Counted from the first letter of the stretch, positions 18,954 to 29,508 are shown. The stretch: 47,649 bases of DNA from an uncultured Verrucomicrobiae bacterium (GCA_963788655.1 CAWBHS010000092.1:1-47649); one strand, 5' to 3'. The notes: generated from the sequence alone by a model not told the origin. Numbers and translations: made by a program.

Positions 18954-21900
18954 TTACCGATTAATCAATTGGAAGAATCGGTTGCCAGTGGGTGCGGAGA
19001 TGGTGACGGTTTGCCGGCCATCTACTGCCGTTCCCTGATCCGAATAGTCCGCCCATCCGCCCGGAAGAGCGGTCGTGCTTTGCAGCATGTAACCGTCCGC
19101 CGTCGCCGCGGCCGGCCAGGAAATCTCCAGACCACCACCCGCGGGCGCCTGAATCGTCAGGCTCACCCCGGGTTCGGGAAGGACTGCCTCGAAGGTAGTG
19201 GCAACTACGAGGTCGTCGATGGCCATGGCGCCGATATTGCCTGATTCGCGGAAGGCAAAGGAAGTCACGATGACCGAGGTCGCCCCACTGTCGATAGCCA
19301 CGGCGCCCGGGTCCGCTTCGGACGTTGGATTGACCCACAAGACGCTGGAAGCGGTTTCCACGTTGTAGCGCACGACCACCAGATAGGTTGTTCCCAAGCT
19401 GAGATCCAAGGGGAATTGCACCGGCGCCCCCGATACATTGATGATGCCCAAGCGGAACATGTCTGTGCCGGCATTATCGGTGTTGGCATAGATCTTCGCC
19501 CGGAATCCGGAGCCGTCGTCTTTGAAGTGCGCAAAATAATTGCCGGAGCCGGAGCCGGGAAGTTCGCTGAAGTTGACCGCAAAACTGACATAGAGGTTCA
19601 AGCCGCTGGACGGATCATACGGAGCTCCCGCCAATGGCGCATTGATGTCTTCGCTCTGCGCTTCGGTGATTTCGAGTTTCCCGGAAACCACCTGGACCTG
19701 TCCGGTGGTGCCACTGTGGGTGCTCCACAAGGACGAGCCATCCACCACGGAACCGTCGGGATAGTCGAAAGGTTCGACCAGCAGGTCGCGCAACGTCACC
19801 GTGAGCAGGAAGTTGGTGGTCGTGGTGAACACTCCGTCACTCACGGAGATGCCAATCGTGGCCACGCCGAGTTGGCCGGCGGCGGGAGTGACGGTCACGG
19901 TCCAGTTCGAACCGCTGCCGTTCAGCAGGATATTCGCTTCCGGAATAATCGTCGGCTCCGACGAAGAGACGGACAATGTCAGGTCTTCCACCGCCGATTC
20001 CGGATCGCCAATGACAAATGGAATCGGCGCGGTGGCCGTATCCATGGGCGTTTGCTGATTGGGAATTTCGGAAATCAACGGCGGATTGTTCGGCGCCAGC
20101 ACGGTGACTTGGAAGCTGGTCGATGCGGTGCGGGTGCCCTCGTCGGTGACGGTCACCACAATCTGCGCCGACCCGGATTCATCGGTGGCCGGCGTGAGGG
20201 TTACGGTTCGATTGGCCCCGCTGCCGCCGAAGACGATGCTGCCCGGCGGGAACAAAACGTCGTTATTCACACGGACACTCAAGTCGAGGTTGGCCACTGC
20301 GGTTTCGGCATCATCGATGGTGAAGGCGAGCGGGCCGATCAGCCCATTGAGATCCGTAACCTGGTCATCGATGACGGAAATGGTGGGCGACGTATTGGGC
20401 GGCGGTGGCTGCTGGAACACATCGGCAAACGTGCCGCCGGTCAACAAGTCATCGACCGAGAGCACGCCAATCCCACTGCTTTGCCGGAAGGCAAACGCCC
20501 AAATATCCACCGGCAACGTCTCGTCGGTGGCCGCCACGCTGGCATCTGCTTCCGACTGGGCGTTGACCCACAGCACACACTCTCCCGTATCCACAACGTA
20601 CCGGGTGGTGACAATCACCGTGTCTTCGAGCGCGAGGTCCGTCGGCGCCAGGGCGCTCACGGAGGAGGAACCGTCCGAAATACCGAGGCGATAGTAGCCC
20701 GGCGAGGCTCCATTCGTGGTGGCAAACACGCGAGCCCGAAAGTTGAAGTTACCGTTGTCCTTCAAGTGCGCAAAATAGCTGCCTTCGCCGGCGGGCAACT
20801 CGGTAAAACGGACGGCAAAGCTGGAATAGATGACGTAGCCTTCGTTGGTTCCATAGAAACCGTATGGCAGTCCGCCAAAGAACAACGCATTGACATCCTC
20901 GCCTTGGAATTGACTGAGCTGCAATTTACCGTCGAGCACCTGTAGTTCTTCGGTGGTTCCACTGTGATTCGCCCAGATACCGGACGAAGTGATCGTGATC
21001 GGACCGTCGGCATAGGTGAAGTCATCAACGAGGTCCGTGCCGGTGAGTGGATTGACGCTCAACGCAAACGAGGTATCCGCGGTGTTGACTCCGTCGCTGA
21101 CCGACACCGTGACGATGGCAAATCCAGACTGCCCCGCTGCCGGAGTGACGATGACGGTGCGATTGGCGCCACTGCCGCCAAAGGTGAAATTGCCGGCGGA
21201 CACCAACGTGGGATTGGAGGAACTGCCCGAAACATTCAGGTTTTCGGCGGGGGTTTCAACGTCGCCAATCGTGAACGCAAGTTCCGCGGTGGGCGTAGCC
21301 ACGCGGGTGAATTGGTTGGGAATGGCCGAAATGGTGGGGGCGCCCACGACCACGACAAAACTGGTCATTGCCGTATTGTTGTCCGCATCTTCCACGGTGA
21401 TGGTGATGGTAGCGCTACCCTGCTGATCGGTGGCGGGGGAGATGGTGATGGTGCGATCGGTGCCCACGCCGTCCAGCGCGATGTTGGCGGGATCGTTGGG
21501 AACGAGTGCTGGATTTGATGAAGTGGCCGTAACTATCAGGTTGTCCGGGGATGTCTCGCCGTCATTGACGGTGAAATCGATGGCCGCTGTGGAGGAATTG
21601 GCCGGGATGGATTGATCTTCGATGACGCTGACCACGGGCGGATTGGTGGTCGTGTTGCCGCCTTCGGCCACATCGGAGAAGGCGGTGCCGACTTTGAGAT
21701 TGTCCACCGTCATGGTGCCCATGCCGCTGGCCTCGCGGAAGGCAAAGGCCGAGATGCCGGCGGCATCGGTATCGTCTGTCGCATCGGCACGGTCATTGAG
21801 AGCCCCTTCCGAGTTAGGATTGAGCCATAAGGTGCTGGCCACCGGATTTACATCCATCCGCAAAACGAGCAGGTAATCCTGGCCCAAGGAGAGATCAGTG

Positions 21901-22328
21901 GGAACGACTGCGTCCGGGTTGGAGTCGCCATTGGCGACGCCCACGCGAAATTGCCCGTCGGCGGCGCCGGCGGTGGTGGCGAAAATGCGGCCTTTGAAAG
22001 AGGAGGAATTGAAATGCGCAAAATAGGATCCGCTAGAACCCGGCAGTTCGGAGAAGTTGACAACGAAACTGGCGTACAGCGTGCCCTCGGTGTACGTGTC
22101 ATTCAACGGGCGGTTGACATCTTCAGTGTTGTGAAAAGTTACTGTGATCTTGCCGTCGGCGACTTGCACTTCATCGGGAGTGTTACCGCTATGATGAAGC
22201 CAAACGCCACCCGACCCACTGACCAAGGGGCCGTCGGGATAGTCGAAGGATTCATCAAATATCAGCGTGGCATGGCTGGTGCCGGCCATCACCAGCGTGG
22301 CCAGCAGGATGAGGAATGTATTTTTCAT
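18954..22328 (-). CDS. Large secreted surface protein: three copies of a ~200-aa beta-sandwich (lectin-like) domain, four cadherin/Big-like Ig repeats and a C-terminal domain
   Basis: Signal peptide. Three F(D/T)Y(P/A)DG...W..HSG...EDVN...YFAH...FAFR(E/Q) units. Four P.(I/V)S.I..Q...F.I.D.E...L....S...G.G.NRTV.VTP units. Confidence 0.85.
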   Translation of the reverse strand: MKNTFLILLATLVMAGTSHATLIFDESFDYPDGPLVSGSGGVWLHHSGNTPDEVQVADGKITVTFHNTEDVNRPLNDTYTEGTLYASFVVNFSELPGSSGSYFAHFNSSSFKGRIFATTAGAADGQFRVGVANGDSNPDAVVPTDLSLGQDYLLVLRMDVNPVASTLWLNPNSEGALNDRADATDDTDAAGISAFAFREASGMGTMTVDNLKVGTAFSDVAEGGNTTTNPPVVSVIEDQSIPANSSTAAIDFTVNDGETSPDNLIVTATSSNPALVPNDPANIALDGVGTDRTITISPATDQQGSATITITVEDADNNTAMTSFVVVVGAPTISAIPNQFTRVATPTAELAFTIGDVETPAENLNVSGSSSNPTLVSAGNFTFGGSGANRTVIVTPAAGQSGFAIVTVSVSDGVNTADTSFALSVNPLTGTDLVDDFTYADGPITITSSGIWANHSGTTEELQVLDGKLQLSQFQGEDVNALFFGGLPYGFYGTNEGYVIYSSFAVRFTELPAGEGSYFAHLKDNGNFNFRARVFATTNGASPGYYRLGISDGSSSVSALAPTDLALEDTVIVTTRYVVDTGECVLWVNAQSEADASVAATDETLPVDIWAFAFRQSSGIGVLSVDDLLTGGTFADVFQQPPPPNTSPTISVIDDQVTDLNGLIGPLAFTIDDAETAVANLDLSVRVNNDVLFPPGSIVFGGSGANRTVTLTPATDESGSAQIVVTVTDEGTRTASTSFQVTVLAPNNPPLISEIPNQQTPMDTATAPIPFVIGDPESAVEDLTLSVSSSEPTIIPEANILLNGSGSNWTVTVTPAAGQLGVATIGISVSDGVFTTTTNFLLTVTLRDLLVEPFDYPDGSVVDGSSLWSTHSGTTGQVQVVSGKLEITEAQSEDINAPLAGAPYDPSSGLNLYVSFAVNFSELPGSGSGNYFAHFKDDGSGFRAKIYANTDNAGTDMFRLGIINVSGAPVQFPLDLSLGTTYLVVVRYNVETASSVLWVNPTSEADPGAVAIDSGATSVIVTSFAFRESGNIGAMAIDDLVVATTFEAVLPEPGVSLTIQAPAGGGLEISWPAAATADGYMLQSTTALPGGWADYSDQGTAVDGRQTVTISAPTGNRFFQLINR

Positions 22329-22418
22329 GGTTCGTGTGATTGCGTCGTTATAGGATTGTGGGTTGGTTTGTGGTTACTTTCATGACGGATTGAGACATCC
22401 ATGCTGACTGGTGGCGAA

Positions 22419-23198
22419 TTAATCCGGGGTGGTCGGGGTGGGATACCAATAGACCTCGCGCGGGATCTTCCATTCTTCCCGGGCGTCATTGGCCTCGGTG
22501 GGCGTGCGCATAAAGTCGTTCGTTGCGATCAAGCGGGCACTGCCATCTGTCATCGCAAACACTCCGCGGCCATCATGCCGGCCAACCGCGTAACGGCCGG
22601 TGACGTTCGACTGTCCCCGCCCGGCGGTGGCCGAATTGCCGTCCACTTCGGCAATGAAAATGGTGTCGGACGGTTTCACCACCTGGGCCAGGCGGGTGTT
22701 GGGAACCACCCGGGTGAGGCCGCCTTTGTTGATGCACAAGCGACCGTTCATGCCATACATGAAGTAGGCTTTGCCATTCGCGGACGGAGTGAATTTGGGC
22801 GGGGGCGCGCTGGGACAGGAAAAGATCGAGTGGGTGCCGGGGCGCGGGGCTTCATCGTCCGCATACATCGCGGTGAGTTTCTCCAAACCGATGGACGGTG
22901 GCACCGCGTTGTACCAGGCATCGGCGTTCAACGGGTGGGCAATGGGCAGCGTGGTGTTGCCTTCTTCCGGCACGGTGTCCTCGTTGTCATCCGTGAACAT
23001 CATGAACGCCAGGCCCCATTGTTTGGCATCGTTCAGGCAGGCCGTCGTCCGCGCCTTGTTTTTGGCCTTGGCCAACGCCGGCAACAGCAAGCCGGCGAGG
23101 ATCGCGATAATGGCGATCACCACCAACAATTCGATCAATGTAAATGCCGTAATTCTTGGGTAACGGCGTTCCGCCTGCACATGGAATTTCCTGGTCAT
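22419..23198 (-). CDS. Prepilin-type N-terminal cleavage/methylation domain protein with an H-X9-DG motif (PVC pseudopilin-like)
   Basis: [29 protein letters not shown]...[11 protein letters not shown], and C-terminal [15 protein letters not shown]. Confidence 0.9.
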   Translation of the reverse strand: MTRKFHVQAERRYPRITAFTLIELLVVIAIIAILAGLLLPALAKAKNKARTTACLNDAKQWGLAFMMFTDDNEDTVPEEGNTTLPIAHPLNADAWYNAVPPSIGLEKLTAMYADDEAPRPGTHSIFSCPSAPPPKFTPSANGKAYFMYGMNGRLCINKGGLTRVVPNTRLAQVVKPSDTIFIAEVDGNSATAGRGQSNVTGRYAVGRHDGRGVFAMTDGSARLIATNDFMRTPTEANDAREEWKIPREVYWYPTPTTPD

Positions 23199-23457
23199 TG
23201 TCCAAATCCTCACTCCGTGAGTTTCACCTAGCCGGTTTGTTTAGCATAGTTCGCTGTTTTCACCAACAGAATTTGTTCAGAAATTATTCACAGGCAAATC
23301 GCGAATCCGTTACAGTTCGGAAACGGAATCCGGTCAGGCCGGCGCCGAACCGGCCTCCGGAGCGAGCGCACCCGTCTCGGGCCTGGCCAAATGGCGCTGG
23401 CGCCGGTTGGCCAGGCCACTGAGATGCCGCTGGATCGTGAGCCACTTGGATGTTCGT

Positions 23458-23506
23458 GAGTGGTTGGCGAGGCGCCAACCACAGCGCCCGGGGTGGGTAC
23501 GCTCCC
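23458..23506 (-). repeat. REP-like palindromic element, family A, copy 2
   Basis: 45/49 identity to the reverse complement of 8631-8679. A degenerate partner arm (gagcgcacccgtctcgggc) lies near 23365. Confidence 0.75.
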
Positions 23507-23716
23507 TTTGCTAATCCGTACGGATGCAGCCACTCCGACGGAATCATCCCGGCTAGGCAAACCAGGGCGGTGTAGCCTTGCCGATTCACCGTGATTGAAT
23601 AGCGAGACATCCGTGCGGACCCAGGTCCCAGCACAGTTCCAACATCGCCGGTTTGCCAATCCAATGAATGGACGTTAGTATCCAAGCGTCATTATTATTC
23701 AAATTAGGCCGGATTT

Positions 23717-24874
23717 ATGAGTATTGGACACCGAGTTTTTGCGGCATGGCCCCTGGCATTGGGACTGGCATTGTTCCCGGCGGTCAACCGGGCTGCCGCG
23801 GCGTCGGCCCACGGGGATTGGCCGATGTTCCACCACGGCCCCGGGCTCGAAGGGGTGGCGACCGGTACGTTGGAGTTGCCCTTGACCTTGAACTGGAGTT
23901 TCAAGACGCCCGAAGCGGTGAAATCGTCCGCTGCCATTGTGGGCGACCAAGTCTTCATTGGCTCCGGAGATGGAACGGTTTTTGCCCTCGGCTTGAATGA
24001 CGGCAAACCGTTGTGGAGTTTCAAAACGGAGGACGCCGTGGACTCGCCACCGCTGGTGCTGGACGGCCGCGTTTACGTTGGCTCGAACGATGGCTCGCTT
24101 TACGCGTTGAACGCCGCGGACGGCCGGTTGCTCTGGAAACACACCACCGACGACAAGATTGTGGGCGGTCCGAATTGGGTCAAAGCGCCCGATGGCAAGG
24201 GAACGTGGATACTGGTCGGCAGCTACGATTTCAAGCTCCATTGCCTGGACGCCGTCACCGGCAAGAGCAACTGGGTTTATGAGAGCAGCAATTACATCAA
24301 TGGCACCCCGGCGGTGGCCCAAGGCCGGACGATCTTCGGCGGATGCGACGCGCTGCTGCACGTTATTTCGCTGGCCGATGGCAAGCAATTGAAGGAGATC
24401 GACGGTGGTGCTTACATCGCCGGCTCGGTGGCGCTGGTGGCGGGCCAAACCTATTTCGGCCAGATGGAGAACCAAGTTCTGTGCATCGATTTGAATTTGG
24501 GCACGAACGTTTGGACCTACAAGGATCGCAACTTCGCCTACTATTCCTCGCCCGCCGTGACCGCGGATCGCGTGATCATCGGTGGCCGCGACAAGCGGTT
24601 GCACTGCCTGCAACGCGCGGATGGCAAATCCGTCTGGACGTTTGCCACGCGCGGACAAGTGGACAGTTCGCCCGCGGTCTGCGGCGACAAAGTCGTGGTG
24701 GGTTCAGCCGACGGGCGGCTCTACGTGGTGTCACTGGCGGACGGCAAGGAACTATGGTCGTACGAAATCGGCGACTCCATCGAGAGTTCCCCCGCGGTCG
24801 CCTACGGCAAAGTGGTGATCGGCTGCGATGACGGGAGTGTGTATGCCTTTGGCCCGGGCCCGAAAGCTCAGTGA
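23717..24874 (+). CDS. Secreted PQQ-binding-like (BamB/AfsK-type) beta-propeller repeat protein
   Basis: Signal peptide, DWPMFH, and about 8 repeats of SSP(A/L)V...V..GS.DG.LY(A/C)L...DG...W. Confidence 0.9.
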   Translation: MSIGHRVFAAWPLALGLALFPAVNRAAAASAHGDWPMFHHGPGLEGVATGTLELPLTLNWSFKTPEAVKSSAAIVGDQVFIGSGDGTVFALGLNDGKPLWSFKTEDAVDSPPLVLDGRVYVGSNDGSLYALNAADGRLLWKHTTDDKIVGGPNWVKAPDGKGTWILVGSYDFKLHCLDAVTGKSNWVYESSNYINGTPAVAQGRTIFGGCDALLHVISLADGKQLKEIDGGAYIAGSVALVAGQTYFGQMENQVLCIDLNLGTNVWTYKDRNFAYYSSPAVTADRVIIGGRDKRLHCLQRADGKSVWTFATRGQVDSSPAVCGDKVVVGSADGRLYVVSLADGKELWSYEIGDSIESSPAVAYGKVVIGCDDGSVYAFGPGPKAQ

Positions 24875-24884
24875 ATTAAGAAGT

Positions 24885-26222
24885 ATGAATACCGACACCC
24901 TCAAAACTCCGACGGCCCCGCCGCTGGAAAAGCAAACCACGGCGGGCAACTATTTTGTCTCGAATTATCCGCCGTTCTCGTTTTGGAAGCCGGAACGCAC
25001 TCCGGAATTGCTCGCCGCTTTGGAGCGGGCGCCGGCACCCGGCAATCCCCTGGGCGTGTACTTGCACATCCCGTTTTGCCGGAAGCGCTGTCACTTTTGT
25101 TATTTCAAGGTGTACACCGACAAGGATTCCGGACAGATCAAGGCCTACCTCGATGCGGCGCTCCAGGAACTGGCGTTCTACGCGGCCAAACCGTTTGTCG
25201 GCGGGCGCCGGCCCACGTTTGTCTATTTCGGCGGCGGCACGCCGTCCTATCTCTCCGAGAGCCAACTGCGGTATTTGACCGATTCGATGAAGGCATTGTT
25301 ACCCTGGGACGCAGCGGAGGAAGTGGCCTTCGAGGCGGAACCGGGCACGCTCACCGATCACAAACTCAAAACCATCCGCGACGTCGGCGTCACCCGCTTG
25401 AGCCTGGGCATCGAGAACTTTGATGACCATATCCTCGAAGTGAATGGCCGGGCGCATCGCGGCAAGGAAATCGCCCGCGCCTACTCCTATGCCCGGGAAA
25501 TCGGCTTTCCGCAAATCAACATCGATCTCATTGCCGGGATGATCGAGGAAACGGAGGCGAACTGGTGGGCGAACATTCGCCAGACCATCGAGTTGTCGCC
25601 TGACAGCGTGACGATTTACGAGATGGAAATTCCGTTCAATACCACGATCTATCAGCGCATGAAAGCCGAAGGCAAGCTCGCGGCGCCGGTGGCGGATTGG
25701 GAGACCAAACGCCGCTGGGTGGACGGCGCGTTCCGCGAACTGGAAAAGGCGGGCTACACCGTGGCCAGCGCCTATACCGCGGTGAAGAGCCCGGCCACCA
25801 AGTTCGTATATCGCGATCTGCTCTGGGCGGGGGCTGACATGCTGGCGGCGGGCGTGGCCAGCTTCGGGCACATCGGCGGGGTACACTACCAGAACCACCA
25901 CGATTTTGATCCTTACGTGCAAGCCGTGCAGTCCGGCCGATCACCGGTTTATCGCGCGCTCACGCCCACCTCGGAGGAACGGTTCATCCGCGAGTTCATC
26001 CTGCAACTCAAACTGGGGCGCGTAAGCCGCCCATACTTTCAGGACAAATTCGGCGCCGATCCCTGCACCGCGTTCGCGGCGCCGGTGCAACGGCTGCAGG
26101 GCTGGGGATTCCTGACCGTTGACGGCGACCAAGTACGGCTCAATCGCGAAGGCTTGTTGCAGGTGGATCGCTTGCTGCACGAGTTCTTCCTGCCGGAACA
26201 TCGCGGAGCGCGGTATGCGTGA
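24885..26222 (+). CDS. HemN-like (class C) radical SAM enzyme of unknown function
   Basis: YLHIPFCRKRCHFCYF (CxxxCxxC), YFGGGTPS, RLSLGIENFD, INIDLIAG, and a HemN_C-type C-terminus. Confidence 0.88.
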   Translation: MNTDTLKTPTAPPLEKQTTAGNYFVSNYPPFSFWKPERTPELLAALERAPAPGNPLGVYLHIPFCRKRCHFCYFKVYTDKDSGQIKAYLDAALQELAFYAAKPFVGGRRPTFVYFGGGTPSYLSESQLRYLTDSMKALLPWDAAEEVAFEAEPGTLTDHKLKTIRDVGVTRLSLGIENFDDHILEVNGRAHRGKEIARAYSYAREIGFPQINIDLIAGMIEETEANWWANIRQTIELSPDSVTIYEMEIPFNTTIYQRMKAEGKLAAPVADWETKRRWVDGAFRELEKAGYTVASAYTAVKSPATKFVYRDLLWAGADMLAAGVASFGHIGGVHYQNHHDFDPYVQAVQSGRSPVYRALTPTSEERFIREFILQLKLGRVSRPYFQDKFGADPCTAFAAPVQRLQGWGFLTVDGDQVRLNREGLLQVDRLLHEFFLPEHRGARYA

Positions 26223-26844
26223 TGGCGACCTTGGGGTGCAAGAAAACGAACGATTGGTGAAGACTGACATGATGGAAAAACCGAACCTGGACGAAACCGC
26301 CACCTTTCCGACGGTGCAGCCGCACGTGTATCCCTTGGACGAATTTTACGCGCGCGCGGGACTGGTGCTGCCGCGCATCGAGGTCATTCCCGGAGAAGAA
26401 GTGCCGGAACCGTTTCGGACCCTGCTCGTCCATAAAAACGACATGACCCCTACGCTGGAAGGATTCCACGGGGCGGACATTCATCTCGAGATTCTCCGCA
26501 GCGAACCGCGGGACGATTTCTATTACCGCGAAGTCGTCCTGCGTTTGAACGGCACCAATCGGCCCGTCGAATTTGGCGCCAACAAGATCAGCCTGAACCT
26601 GTTTCCGCCAACGGTGCGGCAACTGATCCGGCAAGAGTACCTGCCCCTGGGCCGCCTGCTCAAAGAATACACGGTGCCGCACAACACGCAGGCCAAGGCC
26701 TTTTTGCGGCTGGAAGCGGATGAATTCATCCAACGGGCCTTCGGCCTCAAGCAAGCCCATACGCTTTATGGCCGACGCGCCACAATTGCCGATCCACAGC
26801 AACGCCCGCTGTCGGAGATTGTGGAAATTCTGCCGCCGGCCTGA
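26215..26844 (+). CDS. Chorismate pyruvate-lyase-like (UbiC / DUF98 / UTRA-fold) protein; start may be 26269
   Basis: Pattern LLVHKNDMTPTLE, REVVL, PVEFG, PLGRLL, YGRR, IVEILP. The ATG overlaps the radical SAM stop (ATGCGTGA). Confidence 0.65.
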   Translation: MRDGDLGVQENERLVKTDMMEKPNLDETATFPTVQPHVYPLDEFYARAGLVLPRIEVIPGEEVPEPFRTLLVHKNDMTPTLEGFHGADIHLEILRSEPRDDFYYREVVLRLNGTNRPVEFGANKISLNLFPPTVRQLIRQEYLPLGRLLKEYTVPHNTQAKAFLRLEADEFIQRAFGLKQAHTLYGRRATIADPQQRPLSEIVEILPPA

Positions 26845-26997
26845 GGCATCAATCGGATGTCGAGCGCGGCGTTGCGGGTAACCTCTTGCTCGATAGAAAC
26901 GGCGATTTGCCGGGGGAGCCAGCGAGACAGAAGAGGCCCAGTCACGCCTCGCTTTGGCTGACGGGAGGGACCAAGGGTTTCGCGCAAAGCCGCCTGG

Positions 26998-27996
26998 TTA
27001 AAACAGCGTGTTGATGGCGATGCCAAGGACACTGAGGGGGCCTTGATCTTCGAGACCTTCGGTGGCTTTTTCGACTTTTTGCAGGCTCAGTTTGGCGTTG
27101 CGATAGAGGGTGTCGTCATTCACGAGTTTGCCCACGGTGCCGTAACCGCGGTTGATCTTCTCGAGGATCTCCAACACGTTGGCCATAACGTTCGTGCTTT
27201 GGTTGAACAGCGTATCGTCTTTGACGAGATGGCCCATGGTGCCTTCGCCCGAATTAATGGTGGCCACCACCTGGCGGGCGTCGGCGATCATGCCGTTGGC
27301 TTCGGTCATGAGGCCCTTCAGGTCGGCGGAGGCGGTTTGCAGGTTGGTCACCGCCGCGTAGGCGTTGTGGTAGAACTCGTCGCTGTTGATGAGTTTGCCC
27401 ACGGTGCCCTTGCCCGCGGCGATGTTGTCGGAAACCGTTCGCATATTGGCGATGGCCACGGTGAGGTTGTTGGTGTTCTGTTTCACGAAATCCATGATCG
27501 GTCCGATCATGGCGCTGAGGTTTTCCGTGTTAAAACTCTTGGCCGCGCCGCCAACGTCGTGAAGCGCCTTTTTCGCTTCTTCGATGAGCGCGTTCAGGTC
27601 GGCCGGTTCGGTGGTTTGCAGAATGCCATCGGGCAGAATTTCCGGCGACGTGGTTGTGCCGGCTTCGATGGAAATGAAATTGCGGCCCATCAGGCCGGTG
27701 GCCTTGATCTGGGCGAGGCAATCGGTGCGGATGGCCTTTTGATACTCGTCGAGGATTTTCATGGTAATCAGGGCCAGGTCATTGGTGAGGGCGATGTTCT
27801 CCACCCGCCCGATCTCGACCCCAGCCATCCGCACTTCGTCGCCCTTGCGAAGTTCCTGAACGTTCTTAAAGCTGGCGTAAATGCGGAAGCCGCCCTGGAG
27901 AAAGCTGAAGGTGCCGATGAGTTCCAGGATGAGCACGGCCACCACCAGCGCGAGCGCGAAAAAGATGCCTAAACGGGTTTCAAGGGTGTTTCTCAT
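26998..27996 (-). CDS. mlaD: MlaD / MCE family protein with a long helical extension
   Basis: N-terminal TM helix, F.NVQELRKGDEVRMAGVEIGRV, GLMGRNFISI, and three GxGT(V/M)GxL repeats. Confidence 0.88.
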   Translation of the reverse strand: MRNTLETRLGIFFALALVVAVLILELIGTFSFLQGGFRIYASFKNVQELRKGDEVRMAGVEIGRVENIALTNDLALITMKILDEYQKAIRTDCLAQIKATGLMGRNFISIEAGTTTSPEILPDGILQTTEPADLNALIEEAKKALHDVGGAAKSFNTENLSAMIGPIMDFVKQNTNNLTVAIANMRTVSDNIAAGKGTVGKLINSDEFYHNAYAAVTNLQTASADLKGLMTEANGMIADARQVVATINSGEGTMGHLVKDDTLFNQSTNVMANVLEILEKINRGYGTVGKLVNDDTLYRNAKLSLQKVEKATEGLEDQGPLSVLGIAINTLF

Positions 27997-28766
27997 GAAG
28001 ATTCCTCGGTGGAGTTGGGGTCAAAGTTGGCGTTCAGAAATTTTTGGATTAGGGGATCGGGGTGCTGCTTGATTTCGTCGGGCGTGCCGATGGCCAGCAA
28101 TCGGCCCTCGTACATCATGGCCAACCGGTCGGCGATGCCAAAGGCCAGATCCCGGTCGTGGGTGATCACGATGGAAGTCACTTGCGTCCGCTGTTTCAGG
28201 CGCAAGATTTCCCGGCCAATGGTCACACTGATGAGCGGATCCAATTCACTGGTGGGTTCATCGTACAGAATCAACTGGGGCTCGATGACCAGGGCGCGGG
28301 CGATGGCGACGCGCTTTTTCATGCCGCCGGACAGTTCGCCGGGGGAACGGTCCTTGATCCCGCGCAAATCGAGTAATTCGAGTTTTTCGCCGACAATCCG
28401 CTCGATTTCCTCCGGTTTCTTCAGCCGGTGTTCGGCGAGGTAAAGGCCGACGTTTTCTCCCACCGTCAGGGAATTGAGCAACGCCCCGGATTGAAAGACC
28501 ATGGCCAGACGGTAATTGGCCCGCACGTCCGGATTTTGAATCGATTCGCCTTCGAGGAGGATTTCGCCTTGATCGGGTGTTTCCAGACCGATGAGGTGTT
28601 TGAGCAGAACACTTTTGCCACTGCCGCTGGGCCCCATGATGACGAACATCTCGCCCCGCTCGACGGTGAAGCTGATGCCTTTGAGCACGGGTTGGCCCAC
28701 GTAGCTCTTGTGCAGGTCGCGCACCTGAACATTGACGCTGAGTTGCGGCGGGGCGGATTCGCTCAT
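27993..28766 (-). CDS. mlaF: MlaF-like ABC transporter ATP-binding protein
   Basis: Walker A GPSGSGKS, VFQSGALLNSL, LSGGMKKRVAIARAL, LYDEPTSELDP. Confidence 0.9.
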   Translation of the reverse strand: MSESAPPQLSVNVQVRDLHKSYVGQPVLKGISFTVERGEMFVIMGPSGSGKSVLLKHLIGLETPDQGEILLEGESIQNPDVRANYRLAMVFQSGALLNSLTVGENVGLYLAEHRLKKPEEIERIVGEKLELLDLRGIKDRSPGELSGGMKKRVAIARALVIEPQLILYDEPTSELDPLISVTIGREILRLKQRTQVTSIVITHDRDLAFGIADRLAMMYEGRLLAIGTPDEIKQHPDPLIQKFLNANFDPNSTEESS

Positions 28767-28767
28767 A

Positions 28768-29508
28768 TCAGAAATACATGAGGGCGCGCGTCAGGAAGTA
28801 ATCCAGGATCAGGATCAGCACGATCGCGTTCACCACCGACTTGGTGACTGAGCGTCCGATCCCCCGGGGGCCACCGATGGTGGCCAGACCTTGGTGGCAA
28901 CCAACGACGCCGATGATGACGGCAAACACAAAACTCTTGAACAGCCCGCCGATCACGTCGCCAATGGCCACCACGTTGCGCAGGTTGTTGAAAAACATCT
29001 GGAACGTGATGTCGATCTTCTCGTTGAAAACCGCCACCAGGGCGCCCCCAAACCAGCCGACCAGGACGGCGAAGATCACCAGGATCGGCAACGCAAGGGC
29101 AATGGCCAGCACGCGGGGCAGCACCAGGTAATAGATCGGGTTGATGTTCATGGTTTCGAGGGCGTCAATCTCCTGGTAAACGCGCATCGAACCAATCTCG
29201 GCGGTCATGGCTGAGCCGATGCGGCCGCAGATCAGGATCGAAATCATGACCGGCGCGAGTTCCTTGCAGATCGAGATGCCGACCAGCCCGCCGATCAATC
29301 CTTGGAGGCCGCGTTCGGCCAGGGCGGTGCCGGTGTGCAGGGTCACGACGCCGCCGATGAACAGCGCCAGGATGCACACCATCAGCAAGCTGGCATTGCC
29401 AATTTCGAACAATTGATCGAGAACTTTGCGCCGCTGCCGCATGGTTTGCGGCAACGCCTCGAGGGTGCGCCACAACAGTATCAGTAGTTGGCCGATGTTC
29501 TCAAACAT
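28768..29508 (-). CDS. mlaE: MlaE family ABC permease
   Basis: KELAPV, GRIGSAMTAEIGSMRVYQEIDAL, YLVLPR, GIGRSVTKSVV. Confidence 0.9.
   Translation of the reverse strand: MFENIGQLLILLWRTLEALPQTMRQRRKVLDQLFEIGNASLLMVCILALFIGGVVTLHTGTALAERGLQGLIGGLVGISICKELAPVMISILICGRIGSAMTAEIGSMRVYQEIDALETMNINPIYYLVLPRVLAIALALPILVIFAVLVGWFGGALVAVFNEKIDITFQMFFNNLRNVVAIGDVIGGLFKSFVFAVIIGVVGCHQGLATIGGPRGIGRSVTKSVVNAIVLILILDYFLTRALMYF

Noticed and set aside
23200..23716. Coding ORFs or a riboswitch in the divergent intergenic region
   Set aside because: The ORFs look random and the structure is explained by REP family A arms; no known aptamer consensus was recognised.
24885..26222. Naming the gene hemN or hemW
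   Set aside because: The diagnostic RNFQGY and HNxxYW motifs are absent and no heme genes are adjacent.
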